A stretch of 13,188 bases of DNA from Verrucomicrobiales bacterium (GTDB lineage: Bacteria; Verrucomicrobiota; Verrucomicrobiia; Verrucomicrobiales; V1-33), in assembly GCA_031411295.1 (NCBI GenBank), contig JANOAV010000084.1, positions 1-13,188 of the forward strand, read 5' to 3'. Numbering within the stretch: position 1 is the stretch's first letter; every line of letters begins with the position of its first letter. Shown one piece after another: positions 8,169 through 13,188 of the stretch. The position numbers were made by a program, and so were the translations under genes. The notes beneath the pieces are model-generated. The model was not told where the DNA came from and searched no databases. It saw only the letters and a program-made list of their open reading frames with translations.

Positions 8169-8531
8169 TTACAAGTCGTCTTCAATGAAATTAGTGCCGC
8201 CGAGATCTCGCAACTGGATACCCTGCTCCAGTTGGAGCTGCTAAGTCAATTCAAGGTTTCTCCCCAGGATATGGAGAAACTGGACGGGGAGCGCTTTGCC
8301 AAAATTTCCCGTGCCGGGAAAGATCTCTACCGTTTCCGGGCCAAAGATTACCGCATCTACTTCGAAATCCTCGATGGTGGCGTGCGCGTGCATCGGGTGC
8401 TGCATAAGAACACGGTGCAGGATTTCCTTTTCCGCAGCAAACTTCCCTTGTCCGAGGACGAAGCGCTCGCCAATTCCAAGACCTTCTGGAAACTCATCGA
8501 AGAAGGCGAGCGCGCGAAAGTCGCGAAATAG
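8166..8531 (+). CDS. RelE/ParE-fold protein (toxin-like) with a C-terminal extension
   Basis: 121 aa. N-terminal beta-helix pattern LQVVFNEISAAEISQL and RelE-like core LYRFRAKDYRIYFEI..GVRVHRVLHK, followed by ~38 extra residues. Confidence 0.8.
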   Translation: MLQVVFNEISAAEISQLDTLLQLELLSQFKVSPQDMEKLDGERFAKISRAGKDLYRFRAKDYRIYFEILDGGVRVHRVLHKNTVQDFLFRSKLPLSEDEALANSKTFWKLIEEGERAKVAK

Positions 8532-8577
8532 ACGGGGCGGGTGATCACGCGAGCTGCCCTCCCACTCGTAAAGGGAA

Positions 8578-8615
8578 TTGCGGAATTGAACGGGAACGGC
8601 CATGCTCCAGACATG
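8578..8615 (+). promoter_or_regulatory. Putative sigma70-type promoter for a leaderless transcript of the heme protein gene
   Basis: TTGCGG (8578-8583) - 17 nt - CATGCT (8601-8606) - 6 nt - ATG (8613). Confidence 0.5.
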
Positions 8616-11084
8616 CATCGCTTCCGCTGGTTCACTCTCATACTATCAACTTTGGTTTCATCACCCGGAGGGGCCGAGGAATTGCCGTCCCGCCGCCAGA
8701 AGCGGGCAGAGCAGGCGGCTCCTGCGGTGCAGATGCTGGTGCCAGGGTTTCGAGTGCGGACATTGCCGTTGGTGTTAACCAACCTGGTCAATCTCCAGTA
8801 TCGTCCAGATGGCAAGCTGGTGGCGCTGGCTTACAATGGAAACATTTTCCTCTGCACCGACACGGACGGTGACGGATTGGAGGATCATGCAGCGTTGTTC
8901 TGGGAAGGGAAAGGCAAGGTGACCGCGCCTGTGGGAATGGATCTGGCTCCGGCGGGCAGCCCGCTGGGGGATGCGGTTTTCTTTTGCGTGAAGGGGAAGG
9001 TAATGATGGTGGCGGATCAAGATCATGATGGCCGGGCGGAAGTGGAGCGTGTGCTGGCGGAGGGCTGGCCGCTAGCCCGGGCGGGGGTGGACGCCACCAG
9101 CATTTACTTCGATCCCAAGGACGGAGCGGTCTATTTTGGCTTGGGCGTGCGCTGGTATGACAACGCGTTTGAGCTGGATCGCGATGGGGTGGCCCACAAT
9201 GATTTATCCAACGAACGCGGGGCGATCCTGCGCATCAGTCCGGATTTTAAAGCGCGCGAAAAGCTTTGCACTGGCGTGCGCTGGCCGATCTGTCTGCGGC
9301 GGAATACCCTGGGCGATCTCTTTTGCACGGATCAGGAGGGAGCCACTTGGTTGCCGAATGGAAATCCGTTCGATGAGCTGCTGGTGATCGAAAAGGGCCG
9401 CCACTATGGTTTCCCGCCGCGGCACCCTAAACATTTGCCTAACGTAATTGATGAGCCCAGTGTCTTCGATTACGGACCGCAACATCAGTCCACCTGCGGG
9501 TTTCGTTTTAACGATGGAAACTTCGGTCCCACCTGGTGGAAGGACGATGCACTGGTCACGGGAGAAGCGCGCGGGAAAATCTGGCGCACCAAGTTAGTGA
9601 AATCCGCCGCAGGCTACGTGGCCAGCACGGAACTGCTCGCCTGCGTCAATCAGTTGGCGGTGGATGTCACGCAGACGCCCCGGCATAGTTTGCTTGTCGC
9701 CACGCATTCCGGCAGCCCTGACTGGGGCACCGGGCCGGAAGGGAAGGGGACCATTTTGGAGATCTACCCTGAGGAAACTCCCTCCCCGCAAACGGTGGCG
9801 GCGTATTTCGAGGCCTCAGAGAAGCTCCGGGTGTGTTTCGACAGCGCTATCGCCTCTGAGGTCTTCACGCAGGAGACCACGCACTTGGAGCGTGGCGAGT
9901 TCGTGCGCGCCGGAGATCGTTATGAAAGTATCTGGCCGGGCTATGAAGCCATCAAACATCAGCACTCGCAACCTGTCACCACGGTGCCCGTAACCGCGCT
10001 TTCCCTGGCGGCCGATCGACGCTCGGTGCTGATCACCGTCCCTGCCCAAACTTCATCCGATCACTATGCGCTCACGTTAGGGAAGCGGGATCTGGAGGCC
10101 GGCCTCACCGGTGTCCAAGCGGACTGGAAGGGCGCAGACGGCTCTTCCTGGCAAGGCTGGCTGCCCCATCTGGACTTGGCGGTAGCCCGCGAACTCACCG
10201 CCGAAAGCGCCATCCATGCCCCGCTCTGGAAAGCCGTGCAGAAACCAGGAACCCTGCATTTACAGACCAAACTGGACCTCTGGCATTTGCTCCGTCCCAC
10301 CATCCAACCCGGAGCGGCCTTGGATTATGCCTATGAAAAGGAAGTGGCCCAGCTGGAATTAAGATCCCCCAGCGGACCGTTCCAAACCACCCTGTCCGAC
10401 CAGCCTCGCCTGGCGTCCACGCTTGGTCAGATCACGCACGACACTCATTTGACTTACCTTTCCAAGGTTCCCTCCACGGTTCCGCTCGATATTCAACTAA
10501 CCGTTACTGGGGACCAACCCGCGGCGTTGGAACTTAGTTGGAGCACCGCAGAAGACGCCCGTCCGCGCGCGCTGCCGCTGCATCGCATGGTGCTGCCGTG
10601 GCGTCAGGATCCTCCTGCGCCAGATCCCGCCAAGCTTGCTTCGGCAAGGCCGGAGCTGTTGGGTGGAGATTGGCAGCGTGGCAAAACCGTCTTCCTGGGC
10701 GAAAAAGCACTCTGCGCGAAATGCCACACGGCTCATGGCGTGGGCAGCAAAACCGGACCTGATCTGACAAACCTTATTGCGCGAGATTACGCCAGTGTCG
10801 TCCGTGATATCAGTGATCCCTCCGCCACGTTGAATCCTGATTATTTAACCTATGACATCACCCTCAACGACGGTCGCCATTTCCCCGCGGTCATGCGTGC
10901 TGGCGCGGATGGGAAAACGATTCTCGGCCTGGGCGCTGGGGCGGAAATCACGGTGGAGAGCACCGAGATTGTCCAGCGCGAGGCCCTGAAGCATTCCCTC
11001 ATGCCCGCTAAATTAAATGAAGCCTTGGATGTCGAAAGCTTCCGCAACTTGATGACGTTTCTCCTGACAGAACCAGCGAAATAG
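8613..11084 (+). CDS. PVC-type heme-binding CxxCH protein: N-terminal sorbosone/glucose dehydrogenase-like beta-propeller plus C-terminal cytochrome c domain
   Basis: Signal-like N-terminus MHRFRWFTLILSTLVSSPGGA. Propeller region with VPGFRV, DTDGDGLED, RGAILRISPD, TGVRWP, TDQEG and GRHYGFP. C-terminal GDWQRGKTVF..CAKCH (10713-10727)..GPDLT..DPSATLNPDY..SLMP (candidate Met axial ligand). ATG at 8613 is preferred over GTG at 8541. Confidence 0.88.
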   Translation: MHRFRWFTLILSTLVSSPGGAEELPSRRQKRAEQAAPAVQMLVPGFRVRTLPLVLTNLVNLQYRPDGKLVALAYNGNIFLCTDTDGDGLEDHAALFWEGKGKVTAPVGMDLAPAGSPLGDAVFFCVKGKVMMVADQDHDGRAEVERVLAEGWPLARAGVDATSIYFDPKDGAVYFGLGVRWYDNAFELDRDGVAHNDLSNERGAILRISPDFKAREKLCTGVRWPICLRRNTLGDLFCTDQEGATWLPNGNPFDELLVIEKGRHYGFPPRHPKHLPNVIDEPSVFDYGPQHQSTCGFRFNDGNFGPTWWKDDALVTGEARGKIWRTKLVKSAAGYVASTELLACVNQLAVDVTQTPRHSLLVATHSGSPDWGTGPEGKGTILEIYPEETPSPQTVAAYFEASEKLRVCFDSAIASEVFTQETTHLERGEFVRAGDRYESIWPGYEAIKHQHSQPVTTVPVTALSLAADRRSVLITVPAQTSSDHYALTLGKRDLEAGLTGVQADWKGADGSSWQGWLPHLDLAVARELTAESAIHAPLWKAVQKPGTLHLQTKLDLWHLLRPTIQPGAALDYAYEKEVAQLELRSPSGPFQTTLSDQPRLASTLGQITHDTHLTYLSKVPSTVPLDIQLTVTGDQPAALELSWSTAEDARPRALPLHRMVLPWRQDPPAPDPAKLASARPELLGGDWQRGKTVFLGEKALCAKCHTAHGVGSKTGPDLTNLIARDYASVVRDISDPSATLNPDYLTYDITLNDGRHFPAVMRAGADGKTILGLGAGAEITVESTEIVQREALKHSLMPAKLNEALDVESFRNLMTFLLTEPAK

Positions 11085-11087
11085 GGC

Positions 11088-11108
11088 AAACGCGCTCCGC
11101 GTTTTTTT
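11088..11108 (+). terminator. Possible weak intrinsic terminator after the heme protein gene
   Basis: AAACGCG-CTC-CGCGTTT hairpin running into T7 (11102-11108), 3 nt after the stop. The stem is short. Confidence 0.35.
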
Positions 11109-11119
11109 CCAAGAGCGGC

Positions 11120-11157
11120 TTGCCGGATGGGAGTTTCCCCCGCAGGATCCGCCCATG
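11120..11157 (+). promoter_or_regulatory. Putative sigma70-type promoter for a leaderless transcript of the sensor kinase gene
   Basis: TTGCCG (11120-11125) - 17 nt - CAGGAT (11143-11148) - 6 nt - ATG (11155). Confidence 0.5.
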
Positions 11158-12804
11158 CCTCCCGACCGAGACCCCCGTTTTGCCCACGCCGTCCTGCCGG
11201 CCCACGTGTTGGAAGATCCCGCTGCGGATTACCAGATGGGGCCGGTGACCCGCAAGATCAAACAAGCCGAATCCGCCCTGCAACAACGAGTGGAATTCGA
11301 GGCGCTGGTCTCGCGCATTGCCAGCACGTTCGTCACTCTGACGAGTGACCATATTGATTGGGGCATCAACGAAGCCTTGCGGCAAATTGGTGAATTCGTG
11401 CAGGCGGACCATGCCCATGTGTTTCGGGTTTATGAGGGAACCGCCTACGTGGCCCACACCCATGAGTGGTCGTCCGATGGGCAGGTGACCCGCTTCCAAG
11501 CAATTCAGGACCGGGTCTTGGACGAAGTTTTCCCATGGGCGGCACAACGGTTGCGGAGACTGGATGGCATCATGGTGTATTCGGTGGCCGAGCTAAATGT
11601 GGAGGCGGCAGTGGACCAGGCCGTGTTGCGTCGGGCGGGGATTCAAAGCGTCATTTTCCTGCCGATGGCCATCGGTGGGGAGTTGGTGGGGTTTCTGGGA
11701 TTCGACTCCACCAAGCGGGAAATCAACTGGACCCAGGATGCCATTTCGTTGCTCAACATCATGGGCACGCTGATTGCGGAAGCATTGCGGCGCAAGGAAT
11801 CGGAGGATGCGTTGCGCAAGGAAGCCATCTTTACCAATGGGCTTTTGAATAGCTCCGGCACGCTGTTCGTGGTGTTGGATTCGGTGGGTCGGATTGTGCG
11901 CTTCAACCCGGCGGCGGAAGAGGTTAGTGGATATCATTTCGATGAAATTTACGGCCAGGCTCCATGGGACGTTTTCTTCACGGGGGAGGATGGAGTCTTT
12001 ATGCAACGGGCGTTCGACCGATTGGTCGCAGGCGCTCCGGGCAGCCAACGGGAAGCCGCCTTGATCACGAAGCGGGGGGAGCGTCGCGTCATTTCCTGGT
12101 TCAAGACTGGCCTGCCCAACGAACATGGGGCCGTGGAATACGTCATCTTCAGCGGCTTGGACATCACGGAAACCAAGCGTCTGGAAGCCGAAGTGCTGAA
12201 CATTTCCGAGCGGGAACAGAGTCGGTTGGGGCATGATTTGCATGACGGCTTGGGCCAGCACCTCACCGGCATTGAATTCATGTCGCAGGTCCTCCAGCAG
12301 AAACTCGAATCGGCGGGTCGTCCGGAAGCTAGTGACGCCAGCGAGATCACCGCCCTGATTCGCCAAGCCATTTCCCAGACCCGCGATCTGGCCCGCGGCC
12401 TTTCGCCCGTGGTCCTGCAAAGCAAAGGCCTGGCGGTGGCGTTGGAGGATCTTGCTAGCAGCGTGGGGAAACATCACAACATCGCCTGCACCTTCACCGC
12501 TTCACCAGGCCTCGTGAATCCGCCCACGGATATTGCCACCCACTTGTATCGAATCGCTCAGGAAGCCATCAATAATGCGCTGAAGCACGGCCAGGCGAAG
12601 CAGATCCGCGTGCAGTTAGTGCAAGACCGGGGAGCCTTGGAACTCCGCGTGGAAGACAACGGCAAAGGTTTCAAAGACCCCAGCACCGCCGCCAAAGGCA
12701 TGGGCCTCCGCGTCATGACCTATCGGGCTGGGATCATCGGCGGATCACTGGAACTCGTCCAGTCCAGTGGCAAAGGGGTGCGGATTATTTGTCGGATCGG
12801 GTGA
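11155..12804 (+). CDS. Cytoplasmic sensor histidine kinase, GAF-PAS-HisKA_3-HATPase (NarX/UhpB-type)
   Basis: GAF (HTHEW, GIQSVIFLPM..GELVGFLGFD), PAS (VLDSVGRIVRFNPAAEEVSGY), H-box EREQSRLGHDLHDGLGQ (His at 12241), N-box LYRIAQEAINNALKH, and G-boxes VEDNGKGF and GMGL. No transmembrane segment is visible. Confidence 0.95.
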   Translation: MPPDRDPRFAHAVLPAHVLEDPAADYQMGPVTRKIKQAESALQQRVEFEALVSRIASTFVTLTSDHIDWGINEALRQIGEFVQADHAHVFRVYEGTAYVAHTHEWSSDGQVTRFQAIQDRVLDEVFPWAAQRLRRLDGIMVYSVAELNVEAAVDQAVLRRAGIQSVIFLPMAIGGELVGFLGFDSTKREINWTQDAISLLNIMGTLIAEALRRKESEDALRKEAIFTNGLLNSSGTLFVVLDSVGRIVRFNPAAEEVSGYHFDEIYGQAPWDVFFTGEDGVFMQRAFDRLVAGAPGSQREAALITKRGERRVISWFKTGLPNEHGAVEYVIFSGLDITETKRLEAEVLNISEREQSRLGHDLHDGLGQHLTGIEFMSQVLQQKLESAGRPEASDASEITALIRQAISQTRDLARGLSPVVLQSKGLAVALEDLASSVGKHHNIACTFTASPGLVNPPTDIATHLYRIAQEAINNALKHGQAKQIRVQLVQDRGALELRVEDNGKGFKDPSTAAKGMGLRVMTYRAGIIGGSLELVQSSGKGVRIICRIG

Positions 12805-12921
12805 GGGGACTACCAGCAGTTCATTCCTAGGAAATTGCAGCGACAGCGACGAATGAACGCTTGGCGGCAGCAGATGCGCGGCCCGGGCATTCTAGCGCAT
12901 CGATGCGCCTTGATTTGCTGC

Positions 12922-12969
12922 AAAGCGAAAACAAACAGCCTCCTGACGAATGAATTCATCAGGAGGCTG
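12922..12969 (-). terminator. Rho-independent terminator for a minus-strand transcript (possibly bidirectional)
   Basis: Inverted repeat CAGCCTCCTGACGAAT-GA-ATTCATCAGGAGGCTG (12936-12969). Its single mismatch is a G-U pair on the minus strand, where the hairpin is followed by UUUGUUUUCGCUUU. Confidence 0.8.
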
Positions 12970-12989
12970 AGAGCTTGATTATCTGATCG

Positions 12990-13053
12990 TTGGAGTTCGG
13001 TCTTTAGGCTGTCTCGGCGGAGGTTATGCCATAATTCCGACGGGCTAAAGCCC
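12990..13053. repeat. REP/REPIN-like inverted repeat, right arm truncated
   Basis: The left arm TTGGAGTTCGGTCTTTAGGCTGTC (12990-13013) is complementary to GACGGGCTAAAGCCC (13039-13053) at 12 of 15 positions. The right arm is itself near-palindromic (GGGCT-AA-AGCCC). It resembles GGAG/GTAG-type REP doublets, but only one copy is visible here. Confidence 0.55.
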
Positions 13054-13188
13054 AATGCCTTTAAGGATTGGTGATGGTGATGGTTTTGACGAGCGGTTGG
13101 GAGCTGGGGATTTTGGTTTTGGGCCAGGCTTTGACGGGTTGGCGCAGGGTGCGGGGACAGCTCCTCGGCGGGCGTTCCTTGATCAGGG
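13053..13188 (-). mobile_element. Right end of a probable IS4-family insertion sequence (continues beyond the window)
   Basis: The terminus CAATGCCTTTAAG resembles IS4-family ends (IS4 itself begins TAATGCC). The stop codon of the incoming minus-strand ORF lies inside this putative IR, and the REP arm symmetry breaks at this point. Confidence 0.65.
13061..13186 (-). CDS. C-terminal 41 aa of a probable IS4-family transposase (not in the ORF track)
   Basis: Manual translation gives LIKERPPRSCPRTLRQPVKAWPKTKIPSSQPLVKTITITNP*. The basic RxxRSCPRxxRQPVxxWP tail resembles IS4-family transposase C-termini. The DDE core is outside the window. Confidence 0.65.
   Translation of the reverse strand: MIKERPPRSCPRTLRQPVKAWPKTKIPSSQPLVKTITITNP

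Noticed and set aside
8541..8612. GTG 8541 as the start of the heme protein, or a hidden antitoxin here
   Set aside because: The signal-like peptide and promoter geometry both point to ATG 8613, and the 81 bp gap is too short for a typical antitoxin.
11593..12477. 294 aa antisense ORF, and the many other overlapping ORFs in the track
   Set aside because: They are shadow ORFs of well-supported genes in GC-rich DNA and show no recognisable motifs.
12925..12965. Hammerhead ribozyme (CTGACGA / CTGATGA with nearby GAAA)
   Set aside because: The required stem II, GAAA, stem III and NUH arrangement cannot be built; the motifs are simply part of the terminator stem.
12810..13055. 81 aa minus-strand ORF
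   Set aside because: It runs through the REP-like element, the terminator and the hairpins, starts at a TTG inside the putative IS end and has no protein-like features.
13069..13084. TGGTGA hexamer repeat, reading as His-rich in one minus frame
   Set aside because: It is explained by the T-I-T-I-T codons of the transposase tail and is too short to be a meaningful tandem repeat.

Overview
GC-rich bacterial chromosomal window, most likely from the PVC superphylum (Verrucomicrobia-like), inferred from the DWPxWRG PQQ-like beta-propeller and the PVC-type CxxCH heme protein. It holds eight mostly unlinked genes: a 5'-truncated Gfo/Idh/MocA oxidoreductase (+), a stand-alone O-antigen ligase/Wzy-like membrane protein (-), a secreted PQQ-like beta-propeller (-), a ~940 aa Pro/Ala/Glu-rich membrane protein (+), a NifS/IscS-type cysteine desulfurase (-), an antitoxin-less RelE/ParE-like protein (+), a PVC-type dehydrogenase/cytochrome c protein (+) and a GAF-PAS-HisKA_3 sensor kinase (+). 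The last ~380 bp, which the ORF track does not explain, contain a dense hairpin cluster, a minus-strand intrinsic terminator, a REP/REPIN-like palindrome and what appears to be the right end of an IS4-family element inserted into that palindrome. Several genes share a -35/N17/-10 promoter-like motif only 5-9 nt before the start codon with no Shine-Dalgarno, suggesting leaderless transcription. No clearly novel multi-gene system can be proven from sequence alone. The best leads are the orphan RelE-like gene with a C-terminal extension, the leaderless architecture, the REP-inserted IS4 and the structured non-coding region.
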